A stretch of 64,000 bases of DNA from Bacteroidota bacterium (GTDB taxonomy: Bacteria; Bacteroidota; Bacteroidia; Bacteroidales; Cfx3-03). A model generated the notes under the pieces. It was not told where the DNA came from. It ran no database searches and worked only from the letters and a program-made list of their open reading frames with translations. The position numbers and the translations under genes are program-made. The stretch spans positions 1,148,233 through 1,212,232 of the forward strand of contig JACAUB010000001.1 in NCBI GenBank assembly GCA_013390605.1. Direction: 5' to 3'. Positions 40,302 to 50,118 of this stretch are shown here, piece after piece (position 1 is the first letter of the stretch; every line of letters starts with the position of its first letter).

Positions 40302-41201
40302 CTATTGACTTTCTCGTTCTTCAAATTTTGCATTTATTGATTTACAAAAACTAGCCGGAGTCATACCGGTCTTTTCTTTAAAGAGCTTACTAAAGTAGTA
40401 TATAGAGCAAAAGCCCATACTGAATGCTGTTTCCTTGATCGACATGTTGCTATTAGAAAGTAGATATTTTGCCTGTTGTATTCTTAATGATAGATGATAT
40501 TGAGCAGGAGAAAGACCCATATATTTCTTGAAGACTTTTCTGAAAAGTGAGTAGCTGATATTTAAATCAGAGGCAAGGTCTTCAATGTTTAAATTAGTAG
40601 TCAGGTTATTTCTAATAATGATGCAAGCATTCTGAATGATGCTTTCGATAGATTTATTGTTGAAATCTTCTTTTTTCTTAATAGAAAGAATTTTTCCAAG
40701 TATATAAATTACTAAACCCGAACACATTTCGTGGTAGCCTGGTTTCTCATCTCTGATTAAGTTAATCAGTTCAAGAAATACTTCAATGATACTCTCGTGA
40801 TATCCAACCTGAATAACCGGTGGCTCGGTAGAGAAAAATGAATGATTAAAAATGGAATTAGCAAAAGTTCCATTAAATCCAATATAGCTTTCATGCCATC
40901 CTGTTTTTTTCAGGGGTTTATATCTATGCCACATCTCAGGTCGAATGATGACAATAGATCCCTTTTTTATCGGAATAGTTTCATCTTTGGTTTCTATAAT
41001 TCCTTCCCCTTCGGTAATATACAGAATCTGATATTCATGAAGCACGCGCCCTTTTTCCCACGAAAACTCATAACCAAATGGATGACCCTTTGGAGGGTAT
41101 GTGCTTCCAATCGGAATTGACGCATAACCTGCAACATTTATAAATAATCCCCAATCCTCATTTTCCTGATTATGGGTTAAATATTTAAAATAGTTGGCCA
41201 T
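40302..41201 (-). CDS. AraC family regulator with a cupin sensor domain (probable rhamnose-locus regulator)
   Basis: 299 aa. It has an N-terminal cupin and a C-terminal double HTH (SYSLFRKVFKKYMGLSPAQY, IYYFSKLFKEKTGMTPASF). It is divergent from rhaA. Confidence 0.85.
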   Translation of the reverse strand: MANYFKYLTHNQENEDWGLFINVAGYASIPIGSTYPPKGHPFGYEFSWEKGRVLHEYQILYITEGEGIIETKDETIPIKKGSIVIIRPEMWHRYKPLKKTGWHESYIGFNGTFANSIFNHSFFSTEPPVIQVGYHESIIEVFLELINLIRDEKPGYHEMCSGLVIYILGKILSIKKKEDFNNKSIESIIQNACIIIRNNLTTNLNIEDLASDLNISYSLFRKVFKKYMGLSPAQYHLSLRIQQAKYLLSNSNMSIKETAFSMGFCSIYYFSKLFKEKTGMTPASFCKSINAKFEERESQ

Positions 41202-41467
41202 AATGATAATTGTGTCACTTTATGTAAAAAATAGTCCAAATCGCATATTGATATCACAACCTTTTTACGATTATTTTGAACTTTAAATGAATAAGATTTT
41301 AATGGACTTTCCAAAAGTAATAATATTTGGTAAGGTCTAACAAATAATTTATTAGATCATGAGATTCGTACAGATATTTTGTAATCAGATTCGATGACTG
41401 ATAAGTTTTAAAACGGAAAATATTAAAGTAATTAATCTAATAATTGTTGTGTCAATTTATTAAAGAA
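41202..41467. promoter_or_regulatory. divergent control region between the AraC regulator and rhaA
   Basis: Assigned by position only. AGATTCG occurs twice (41362 and 41387, 25 nt apart) and could be a regulator half-site pair. Confidence 0.35.
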
Positions 41468-42736
41468 ATGAAAGATAGCAAGACAATCAAAATCGCGTAT
41501 CAAAATGCCAAAGAGCAATACGCTGAAATGGGAATCAATACCGATGAGGTAATTGCCCAAATGGCCAAAGTAAACATTAGTTTACATTGTTGGCAAGCCG
41601 ATGATGTTAGCGGATTTGAAACACCAGATGCTGAATTAGGCGGTGGTGGTATTCAGGTTACCGGTAATTATCCAGGAAAAGCAAAAACAATTGAACAGTT
41701 AAAAGCTGATATTGAAAAAGTGATGTCTCTTCTACCAGGGAGCCAACGTTTAAATCTTCATGCTATCTACGGCGATTTTAAAGGTCAGAAAGTAGATCGT
41801 GATCAGATTGAACCTGCTCATTATCAAAGCTGGATCGATTGGGCTAAGAAGATGAAAATAGGACTTGATTTTAATGCAACCTGTTTCTCTCATCCATTGG
41901 CAGATGATGGGTTTACTTTGTCCAGTAAAAATGAGGCCACACGTAGGTTCTGGATTGAGCATGTTAAGCGTTGTCGTTTGATCGGTGCAGAAATGGGAAA
42001 GCAATTAGGTACTCCATGTGTTCATAATCTATGGATTCCTGATGGATCTAAAGATATTCCTGTTGATCGTTATACTTATCGTAAATTGTTGAAAGAATCG
42101 CTTGACGAGATTTTAAGTGTTGAATACCCAAAAGAGTATCTTAAAGACTCGATTGAATGTAAACTATTCGGTATTGGTTCAGAAGCAATGGTGGTTGGCT
42201 CACATGAATTCTATCTGGGTTATGCTATCAAAAATAATACATTGATTACGCTTGATAATGGACACTTCCATCCAACAGAGCAAGTCGGGGATAAAATTTC
42301 ATCATGTCTGCTTTATCTGGATGAAATTTTATTACATGTTACCAGAGGTGTACGTTGGGATAGCGACCATGTTGTTATTTTAAATGACGAATTATCATTG
42401 ATAGCTCAGGAAATTGTCAGAGCAAAAGCATTAGATCGTGTTAATATCGGATTAGATTATTTCGATGCTACACTTAATCGTATTGGTGCTTATGTTATTG
42501 GCGTAAGAGCTGCTCAACAAGCATTTTTGTGTGCGCTTCTCGAACCAACTAAAGCCTTGGTTGAAGCTGAAGAAGCTGGCAATTTCTTTAGAAGATTGGC
42601 CATGCTAGAAGTGATGAAGTCAAAACCTTTTGGTGCAGTTTACGATTACTATTGTTTAATCAACAATGTATTAATTGGAGAAGATTATATTGCAGAAATA
42701 GAAAAATACGAGGCCGAAGTTTTGGTAAAAAGATAA
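41468..42736 (+). CDS. rhaA: L-rhamnose isomerase
   Basis: Start moved to 41468 (MKDSKTIK). It matches E. coli RhaA as I remember it: SLHCWQADDVSGFE, GNYPGKA, RLNLHAIY, DNGHFHPTE and VRWDSDHVV. Confidence 0.9.
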   Translation: MKDSKTIKIAYQNAKEQYAEMGINTDEVIAQMAKVNISLHCWQADDVSGFETPDAELGGGGIQVTGNYPGKAKTIEQLKADIEKVMSLLPGSQRLNLHAIYGDFKGQKVDRDQIEPAHYQSWIDWAKKMKIGLDFNATCFSHPLADDGFTLSSKNEATRRFWIEHVKRCRLIGAEMGKQLGTPCVHNLWIPDGSKDIPVDRYTYRKLLKESLDEILSVEYPKEYLKDSIECKLFGIGSEAMVVGSHEFYLGYAIKNNTLITLDNGHFHPTEQVGDKISSCLLYLDEILLHVTRGVRWDSDHVVILNDELSLIAQEIVRAKALDRVNIGLDYFDATLNRIGAYVIGVRAAQQAFLCALLEPTKALVEAEEAGNFFRRLAMLEVMKSKPFGAVYDYYCLINNVLIGEDYIAEIEKYEAEVLVKR

Positions 42737-42753
42737 ACAACAAGTCGTTATCT

Positions 42754-44127
42754 ATGCTTAAAAATGTAATTGCTATCTTTGATATTGGTAAATCAAATAA
42801 AAAGATCTTATTATTTGATACAAAATATCATGTTGTTTTTGAAGAAGACCAAAGGTTTGAAGAGATAACTGACGATGATGGTTTCGCCTGCGATAATATT
42901 GACCGGATTGAGAAATGGATGACAGCAACGCTGTCGTCCATTATTTCATTAGGCGAATATAAGCTGGCAGCTGTCAATTTTGCAACCTATGGTGCGACAC
43001 TCATGTATCTGGATGATAATTTAAACCGATTGACACCAGCCTATAATTATCTTAAGCCCATGCCGGATGGCGTGCTTGAAGGGTTTTATGAAAAATATGG
43101 GGGCGTTCAGGAGTTTAGTCGCGTTACCGCTTCTCCGGCTTTGGGTATGTTGAATTCAGGTTTGCAGGCACTTTGGTTGAAAAGAACCAAACCAGATGTG
43201 TATAAACATGTTAAACACGTTGTTCACTTTCCACAATACCTCAGTTCGTTTTATACCGGCGAAGTGGTTTCAGAATATACTTCTATCGGATGTCATACTG
43301 CCTTGTGGAATTTTGATAATCAAGTCTATCATCAATGGGTATTAGATGAAAAACTAAACTTTCCGGCACCTTCACAAAATTCTCTTGTGTTAAAAGTACC
43401 CTTTGAGGGCGAAACGATTCCTTTCGGAATAGGCATTCATGATAGTTCTGCCTCTTTGGTCCCTTATCTGATGAGTAGTACGGAAAAGTTTATCCTTATT
43501 TCGACCGGGACATGGTGCGTTTTTATGAATCCATTTAATGATGAGCCCTTAACCAACGATCAACTCATTAAAGATACACTATGTTATCTTAGTGCTGATC
43601 AGAAGCAGGTTAAATCGTCGCGTCTTTTTCTGGGTCATATTCATGAAGTAAACGCATTACGTCTTTCTAATCATTTTAATGTTTCTGAAGACAGTTATAA
43701 ATCGGTTAAGATTAATGAATCCCTGCTTCAACAGTTTACAAAAAAGAATCAGGACTTACCGGTCTTCTTTAAACATGGTGTTCCCGACGATTATGTTGAT
43801 CTTACTGTGGATTTATCACGGTTTTCTTCTTATGATGAAGCCTATCATCAATTGATGATTGATTTGGTTAATCTTAGTTGTCAGGCAATTCAATTGATTC
43901 AAACAGAGAGTGATGATACGGCTGCTCTGTATATCTCAGGTGGATTTGCAAAAAACGAAATTTATGTTCGCCTTATTGCAAGTCGTTTTCCTGATAAAAA
44001 AGTGTATACATCTGAAATCAGTAATTCTACAGCTTTAGGAGCTGCTTTAGTTGTAGGCAAATCTGTGTTTGAAGGCAAACTCCCTGAAATTGATCTTGGG
44101 CTTAGCGAAATAAAGGGATGTCTTTAA
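42754..44127 (+). CDS. FGGY-family carbohydrate kinase (probable rhamnulokinase)
   Basis: Start moved to 42754 (MLKNVIAIFDIGKSNKK), which removes the overlap with rhaA. FGGY features are ISTGTWCV and YISGGFAKN. Function is inferred from its position in the rhamnose locus. Confidence 0.7.
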   Translation: MLKNVIAIFDIGKSNKKILLFDTKYHVVFEEDQRFEEITDDDGFACDNIDRIEKWMTATLSSIISLGEYKLAAVNFATYGATLMYLDDNLNRLTPAYNYLKPMPDGVLEGFYEKYGGVQEFSRVTASPALGMLNSGLQALWLKRTKPDVYKHVKHVVHFPQYLSSFYTGEVVSEYTSIGCHTALWNFDNQVYHQWVLDEKLNFPAPSQNSLVLKVPFEGETIPFGIGIHDSSASLVPYLMSSTEKFILISTGTWCVFMNPFNDEPLTNDQLIKDTLCYLSADQKQVKSSRLFLGHIHEVNALRLSNHFNVSEDSYKSVKINESLLQQFTKKNQDLPVFFKHGVPDDYVDLTVDLSRFSSYDEAYHQLMIDLVNLSCQAIQLIQTESDDTAALYISGGFAKNEIYVRLIASRFPDKKVYTSEISNSTALGAALVVGKSVFEGKLPEIDLGLSEIKGCL

Positions 44128-44172
44128 TCGTTAGGCCAATTTAATATCTAATGTAAAGTAAAATTTAAAGGA

Positions 44173-45468
44173 ATGAATGAAATTCTAAATTGTCGTCTGA
44201 TGCATCCTCGTGATCAGATTGCATTAATTATTAGCAGAATTTATCGAAGAGGAATGACTACCACTTCAGGGGGAAATATTTCAGTGATCGATGAGTATGG
44301 AGATATCTGGATAACACCTTCAGGTATTGATAAGGGAACGTTAACTCCTGCTGATATTAACTGCGTTAAAAAAGACGGTACCATTATTGGAAAACACAAA
44401 CCTTCATCTGAATTTCCTTTTCATCAGGCAATCTATAAAAACCGTCCTGATCTGAAAGCCATTATTCATGCACATCCACCTGCATTAGTGTCGTTCAGTA
44501 TCGTACGTCAAATTCCGAATACCAACGTGATCTCGCAGGCAAAACATGTTTGTGGATCAATTGGCTATGCTGATTATGCATTACCGGGTAGTGTAGAACT
44601 TGGTGAAAAGATTGCTGAAGAATTTAAAAAAGACTATAAGGCAATCATCATGGAAAATCATGGAACTGTTTTAGGTGGTTCGGATTTGAATGATGCTTAT
44701 GAACGGTTTGAAACATTTGAATTTTGTTCGCGTGCTATTTTATTCAGTAAGTCTTTAGGTAATACTAATTATCTTACAGATGACCAAATTAATGAATTCG
44801 AAGAACACCTTCCCGATCTTCTTCCCGAACAAGAAACAGTAACTTATCCTCCTGATGAGAAGGAAAAGCGTACTGAGATTTGCAATATTGTAAGTCGTGC
44901 CTGTCGTCAGGGATTAATGATCAGTTCTTATGGTACGGTTTCAGTTCGATGGAAGGATAATGATTTTCTGATTACACCTAAGAATCTTTCGAGGTGGGAT
45001 ATCCAATTAGATGATATTGTTCAGATTAAAGATGGGAAACGTGAAACAGGGAAGATCCCCAGTCGGTCAGTACATCTACATCAGCAAATCTATGAACAGA
45101 ATCCACATATCAATTCAATCATTATCACCCAGTCACCTTATCTGATGGCATTTGGTATTGCTCAGATGAAATTTGATGTTCGGACAATACCCGAAAGTTG
45201 GATCTTTTTGCAGGATGTTCCACTCTTACCTTTTGAAAAAGCATTTTCAAATGATGAGGTTATTCCAGATCTATTATCACATACACCAGCTGTAATCATT
45301 CAGAATGATTCCGTTATCGTTACTGGAGATAAATTGCTTCAGACATTTGATAAGCTTGAAGTAGCTGAGTTTAGTGCCAAATCGTTAGTATTAGCAGCTC
45401 CACTTGGTGAGCTGGTACCTATTAATGATGATCAGGTTGAAGATCTCAGAAAACGTTTTCTTAGCTAA
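44173..45468 (+). CDS. tandem class II aldolase/adducin-domain protein (probable rhamnulose-1-phosphate aldolase)
   Basis: 431 aa. Domain 1 has GGNISV, SSEFPFH, IIHAHPP and ENHGTV. Domain 2 repeats the fold but reads IIITQSP and IQNDSVIV at the metal-ligand positions. Confidence 0.8.
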   Translation: MNEILNCRLMHPRDQIALIISRIYRRGMTTTSGGNISVIDEYGDIWITPSGIDKGTLTPADINCVKKDGTIIGKHKPSSEFPFHQAIYKNRPDLKAIIHAHPPALVSFSIVRQIPNTNVISQAKHVCGSIGYADYALPGSVELGEKIAEEFKKDYKAIIMENHGTVLGGSDLNDAYERFETFEFCSRAILFSKSLGNTNYLTDDQINEFEEHLPDLLPEQETVTYPPDEKEKRTEICNIVSRACRQGLMISSYGTVSVRWKDNDFLITPKNLSRWDIQLDDIVQIKDGKRETGKIPSRSVHLHQQIYEQNPHINSIIITQSPYLMAFGIAQMKFDVRTIPESWIFLQDVPLLPFEKAFSNDEVIPDLLSHTPAVIIQNDSVIVTGDKLLQTFDKLEVAEFSAKSLVLAAPLGELVPINDDQVEDLRKRFLS

Positions 45469-45481
45469 AACAAAATGATTT

Positions 45482-45535
45482 AAACCAGTGAGGGTATTTG
45501 TCAATAAAAACGAATGTATTCTCACTGGTTTTTTA
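45482..45535 (+). terminator. hairpin plus T-tract after the aldolase gene
   Basis: AAACCAGTGAG (45482-45492) pairs with CTCACTGGTTT (45521-45531) and is followed by TTTT. The loop is long (28 nt). Confidence 0.5.
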
Positions 45536-45686
45536 TAGTCCAGCTTAAAAATCAGTTCTTTTAAAAAATCCACTAACTAAACAGCATTGATTTAAAATTA
45601 CAGTATTAAGTATCTTTTTTCTTTTAGGAACTTACATTTATCACATTTAAACATTAAAAAACCACTCGTTTAAACCAAAGCATAAA

Positions 45687-48458
45687 ATGAAAAAACTATT
45701 TATCTTATTATTTTGTCTTTTTCTGTCATTCACCACAAGCTTTGGACAGAAAAATCAATCTGTAGCTTCAATTTTACCCGGTGATCTTCGTTGCGAACGA
45801 ATGATTAATCCGTTAGGAATTGATGTTGTTTCACCAAGACTTAGTTGGATTTCGAAATCAGATCAGCGCGGACAAATTCAAACGGCCTATCAGATTATCG
45901 TGGCCAGTTCTTTAAAAAATCTACAAGCCAATAAAGGTGATATCTGGGACTCAAAGAAAGTAGTTTCAGACGAAAATTTGAATGTATTGTATGCTGGTAA
46001 ATCTTTAAAATCGGGCGTTGCTTGTTTTTGGAAGGTTAAAGTCTGGGATAAAAGTGGTGTAGCTTCATCGTGGAGCCAACCAGCCCAATGGTCAATGGGT
46101 TTGCTCAATGATGCTGATTGGAAAGGAAAGTGGATCGGATTAGATAAAGCTGTTGGCGCAGATGATATACACTCAGAAGCGTCTCGTCTTTCAGCTCGAA
46201 TGTTGAGAAAAGAGTTTGCTACAACCAAGAAGATTAAACGTGCTACTGCTTATGTTTGCGGACTTGGTCTTTTTGAATTTTATGTCAATGGACAGAAAAT
46301 AGGCGATCAGGTTTTGGCTCCGGCTCTTTCCGAATATGGTAAAAGGGCTTATTACAATACTTTTGATGTTACCAAACAAATAAAAGGTGGCCAAAATGCA
46401 ATAGGTGTTCTTCTTGGAAATGGACGATATTTTGCTCCCAGAGCAAAAGTACCCACAACCATGGTGTCATACGGTTTTCCAAAAGCAATTATCCAGCTTG
46501 CTATAGAATTTGAAGATGGTTCTCAAAAAACAATTGTAAGCGATGGTAGCTGGAAAGTATCTGCATCAGGTCCGATCATCTCTAATAATGAGTATGATGG
46601 TGAAGAGTATGATGCTACAAAAGAGATCTTAGGATGGAATAAAACAAATTTTAATGATTCAAAATGGTTAAATGCTGAATTAGTAAAACCGGGAAGTCCA
46701 AAACTTTCAGCTCAAATGACCGAACCCATCAAGGTTAAAGAGACCGTAAAGCCAATTTCTATAACGGAAGTATCTCCTGGGAAATTCATTTTCGATATGG
46801 GGCAGAATTTAGTTGGTTGGTCACGTCTAACCGTTAAAGGAGCTAAAGGAACAACGGTGGCCCTTCGTTTTGCTGAAACACTTTTGCCTGATGGTCAATT
46901 ATATCTTGCTAATATTAGAAGTGCTAAAGTGACTGATAAATATACGCTTAAAGGAAATGGTGTAGAAGTATATGAACCTCGTTTTACCTATCATGGATAT
47001 CGTTTTGTCGAAGTAACCGGATTTCCCGGGAAGCCTGATCTATCCGCATTAGAGGGAAAAGTTGTGTATGATGATATGGCTACTACCGGTTCTTTTGCAA
47101 CTTCCAATAAAACCATCAATACAATTTATAAAAATGCATATTGGGGTATTCGCGGTAATTATCGTAGTATTCCAACTGACTGTCCACAAAGAGACGAAAG
47201 ACAAGGTTGGTTAGGTGACCGTGCTATGGGATCAAAAGGAGAAAGTTTTGTTTTTGATAACTCAAAGCTTTATGCTAAATGGATGCAGGATATTGAAGAT
47301 GCACAGCGTATTGATGGAAGTGTACCTGATGTAGCTCCTACATATTGGCAGATTTATAGTGATAATATCACCTGGCCGGGAGCTTATCTGATTATTTCAA
47401 ACATGTTGTATGATCAATTTGGTAATGTTGAACCCATTCGCAAGCACTATGATTCATTTAGAAAGTGGGTGCTTTATATGAAAGGCAAATATCTTGTAAA
47501 TGGTATTTTAGTTAAAGACACTTATGGCGATTGGTGTATGCCTCCTGAAACGCCTAGCTTAATTCATTCAGTAGATCCTTCACGTAAAACTAGTGGGGCA
47601 GTATTAAGTACCACTTATTATTACGAAATGTTAACTCTGATGCAACGATTTGCAACATTGTTGAATAAACCGGCAGATGCAAAAGAGTATAGTGATCTGG
47701 CAGCAGTTGTTTACAAAGCATATAACAATAAATTCTACGATACATTTTACAATTGCTATGGAAATAATACAGCAACAGCAAATCTTCTTTCTTTAGCTTA
47801 TGGTCTGGTTCCCGATGATAAAAAGACAGCTGTTTTCAACAACATCGTTACTAAAACGGAAAAAGACTTTAACGGACATATCAGTACCGGATTAGTTGGT
47901 GCTCAACAAACCATGCGTTTATTAACACAATATGGTCGTCCGGATGTTGCTTATAAGCTGACTACCAATACGGATTATCCAAGTTGGGGTTACATGGCAG
48001 AACATGGAGCTACTACAATTTGGGAGCTTTGGAATGGAAATACTGCCGATCCTTCAATGAACTCAGGTAACCACGTAATGTTATTAGGTGATTTAGTGAT
48101 TTGGTATTATGAAAACTTAGCCGGTATTAAGGGCGATCCAGATCAACCTGCCTTTAAGCATATCATCATGAATCCATTAATGGTTGGAGATTTAAAGTTT
48201 GTAAATGCTTCCTTTAAGTCGCCCTATGGTTTAATTGTAAGTGAATGGAAGAAAGAGGACAATAATTTTGAAATGAAGATAGAAGTGCCGGTAAATAGCA
48301 AGGCGACTGTCTATTTCCCAACAACAAATCTTTCATCCATTACAGAAAGTGGAAATCCTATTCAGTCAATCAAAGAGATTAAATTTGAGAAAACAGAAAA
48401 TAATCAATCTGTATTTCAAGTTGGTTCAGGGATTTATACTTTTAAAATGAGCTTATAA
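45687..48458 (+). CDS. GH78 alpha-L-rhamnosidase (secreted)
   Basis: 923 aa with a signal peptide. GH78 hallmarks are LRCE...NPLGID, TAYQI and RSIPTDCPQRDERQGWLGD. Confidence 0.9.
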   Translation: MKKLFILLFCLFLSFTTSFGQKNQSVASILPGDLRCERMINPLGIDVVSPRLSWISKSDQRGQIQTAYQIIVASSLKNLQANKGDIWDSKKVVSDENLNVLYAGKSLKSGVACFWKVKVWDKSGVASSWSQPAQWSMGLLNDADWKGKWIGLDKAVGADDIHSEASRLSARMLRKEFATTKKIKRATAYVCGLGLFEFYVNGQKIGDQVLAPALSEYGKRAYYNTFDVTKQIKGGQNAIGVLLGNGRYFAPRAKVPTTMVSYGFPKAIIQLAIEFEDGSQKTIVSDGSWKVSASGPIISNNEYDGEEYDATKEILGWNKTNFNDSKWLNAELVKPGSPKLSAQMTEPIKVKETVKPISITEVSPGKFIFDMGQNLVGWSRLTVKGAKGTTVALRFAETLLPDGQLYLANIRSAKVTDKYTLKGNGVEVYEPRFTYHGYRFVEVTGFPGKPDLSALEGKVVYDDMATTGSFATSNKTINTIYKNAYWGIRGNYRSIPTDCPQRDERQGWLGDRAMGSKGESFVFDNSKLYAKWMQDIEDAQRIDGSVPDVAPTYWQIYSDNITWPGAYLIISNMLYDQFGNVEPIRKHYDSFRKWVLYMKGKYLVNGILVKDTYGDWCMPPETPSLIHSVDPSRKTSGAVLSTTYYYEMLTLMQRFATLLNKPADAKEYSDLAAVVYKAYNNKFYDTFYNCYGNNTATANLLSLAYGLVPDDKKTAVFNNIVTKTEKDFNGHISTGLVGAQQTMRLLTQYGRPDVAYKLTTNTDYPSWGYMAEHGATTIWELWNGNTADPSMNSGNHVMLLGDLVIWYYENLAGIKGDPDQPAFKHIIMNPLMVGDLKFVNASFKSPYGLIVSEWKKEDNNFEMKIEVPVNSKATVYFPTTNLSSITESGNPIQSIKEIKFEKTENNQSVFQVGSGIYTFKMSL

Positions 48459-48507
48459 GCCATTTAAATAAAGTGCTAAATATTAAAGAATTAAAGTAGT
48501 AAAGCAA

Positions 48508-49920
48508 ATGACAAAAGTTGGATTATTTGGAATAGGCCTCGATACTTACTGGGCACAATTTGAAGGACTTCTTGATAATCTGTTGGGTTATCAAAATAGT
48601 ATAAAGCATAAGATTGAACAGTATGGTATTGAGGTTGTTGATGCAGGAATGGTGGATAACCCTTTAAAAGCGCAGGTTGCTGCTGATTTTTTAAAGAAGA
48701 ATGATGTCGAAATTGTATTTCTTTATGTGTCAACCTATGCACTCTCTTCAACAGTTTTGCCAGTTGCTCAGAAAGTCAAAGTTCCTGTTATTATTCTTAA
48801 TCTTCAACCTGTTCCGGTATTGGATTATGCCGCTTTCAATGCGTTGGGCGATAGAGGAAAAATGACCGGCATCTGGTTGGAACATTGTCAGGCTTGTTCG
48901 GTCCCCGAAATAGCTTGTGTATTTAACAGAGCTGGAATTCAATATGATTTTGTAACAGGGTATCTTGAAGATAAACAGGCCTGGGACGAAATCGGGAGCT
49001 GGGTGGCGGCAGCTAAAGTTGCAGCATCTATGCGTACAAACAGATTAGGTATTTTAGGCCACTATTATGGCGGAATGCTTGATGTATATACGGATACTAC
49101 ACTACAGTCTACTGTCTTTGGTACACACATCGAACTATTGGAGATGTGTGAGCTGAAAAAACTGAGAGATGAGGTTACGATTGAAGATATTCAAATCAAA
49201 ATTCAGGAGTTCTATTCTACTTTTGAAGTTGTTGATGAGTGCGATCAGGATGAAATAGAACGTGCGGCACACACATCCGTTGCTTTGGATAAACTCATTA
49301 CAGCTCATAATCTTGGTGCTATGGCCTACTATTATGAAGGTATGGCAGGTAATGATTATGAAAATATTGTAACCTCAGTTATTGCCGGAAATACACTGCT
49401 GACCGGTAAGAATATTCCAGTAGCTGGTGAGTGTGAAGTTAAAAATGCACAAGCCATGAAGATTATGGCAGAACTTGGAGCTGGTGGGTCGTTTAGCGAA
49501 TTCTATCTGATGGACTTTAACGATGATATCGTGATGCTCGGTCATGATGGCCCTGCTCATTTTGCGATAGCAGAGGGAAGAGTTAAACTGGTTCCATTAC
49601 CCTTATTTCATGGAAAACCCGGGAAAGGGTTATCTATTCAGATGAGTGTAAAACATGGCCCGGTGACGTTACTTTCTGTCGTTGAAGGAAAAGATGGACT
49701 CTTCTTATTGACTGCTGAGGGTGCTTCTGTTGAAGGACCTGTTCTAAATATCGGGAATACTAATAGTCGCTATCGTTTTTCTATTGGGGCCCGTGAATTT
49801 ATGAACAAATGGTCCAAAAAAGGACCTGCCCATCACTGCGCCATTGGTGTTGGTCATGTAGCCGATAAAATTGATAAACTGGGTAAGATTCTGGGGATTG
49901 AGGTCGTGAAAATTTGTTGA
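48508..49920 (+). CDS. L-arabinose-isomerase-family sugar isomerase, specificity unknown
   Basis: 470 aa. DKQAWDEIGSWVAAAKV parallels E. coli AraA DKQAHERIGSWMRQAV. Acid and His ligand positions appear retained (AGECEVK, SFSEFY, LGHDGP, PAHHCAIG). Confidence 0.75.
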   Translation: MTKVGLFGIGLDTYWAQFEGLLDNLLGYQNSIKHKIEQYGIEVVDAGMVDNPLKAQVAADFLKKNDVEIVFLYVSTYALSSTVLPVAQKVKVPVIILNLQPVPVLDYAAFNALGDRGKMTGIWLEHCQACSVPEIACVFNRAGIQYDFVTGYLEDKQAWDEIGSWVAAAKVAASMRTNRLGILGHYYGGMLDVYTDTTLQSTVFGTHIELLEMCELKKLRDEVTIEDIQIKIQEFYSTFEVVDECDQDEIERAAHTSVALDKLITAHNLGAMAYYYEGMAGNDYENIVTSVIAGNTLLTGKNIPVAGECEVKNAQAMKIMAELGAGGSFSEFYLMDFNDDIVMLGHDGPAHFAIAEGRVKLVPLPLFHGKPGKGLSIQMSVKHGPVTLLSVVEGKDGLFLLTAEGASVEGPVLNIGNTNSRYRFSIGAREFMNKWSKKGPAHHCAIGVGHVADKIDKLGKILGIEVVKIC

Positions 49921-49941
49921 CCTTGATTCATGCGTAAAATA

Positions 49942-49982
49942 ACAAAGGCTGTTTCTGATTAGGAGACAGCCTTTGTCGTTTT
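49942..49982 (+). terminator. rho-independent terminator ending the rhamnose locus
   Basis: ACAAAGGCTGTTTC pairs with GAGACAGCCTTTGT (one G-T pair) and is followed by CGTTTT. Confidence 0.7.
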
Positions 49983-50118
49983 AGATGGTTCTGTTTTAAA
50001 ATAATATAGGTGATACAATAAACCAGTTTAGGGTGTGATGAAGAGGTGCAGATTACTGATCTTTACAAACCGATTCTTACAACAATATAAAACAGGACTT
50101 TTTAGATTAATGAATAAA

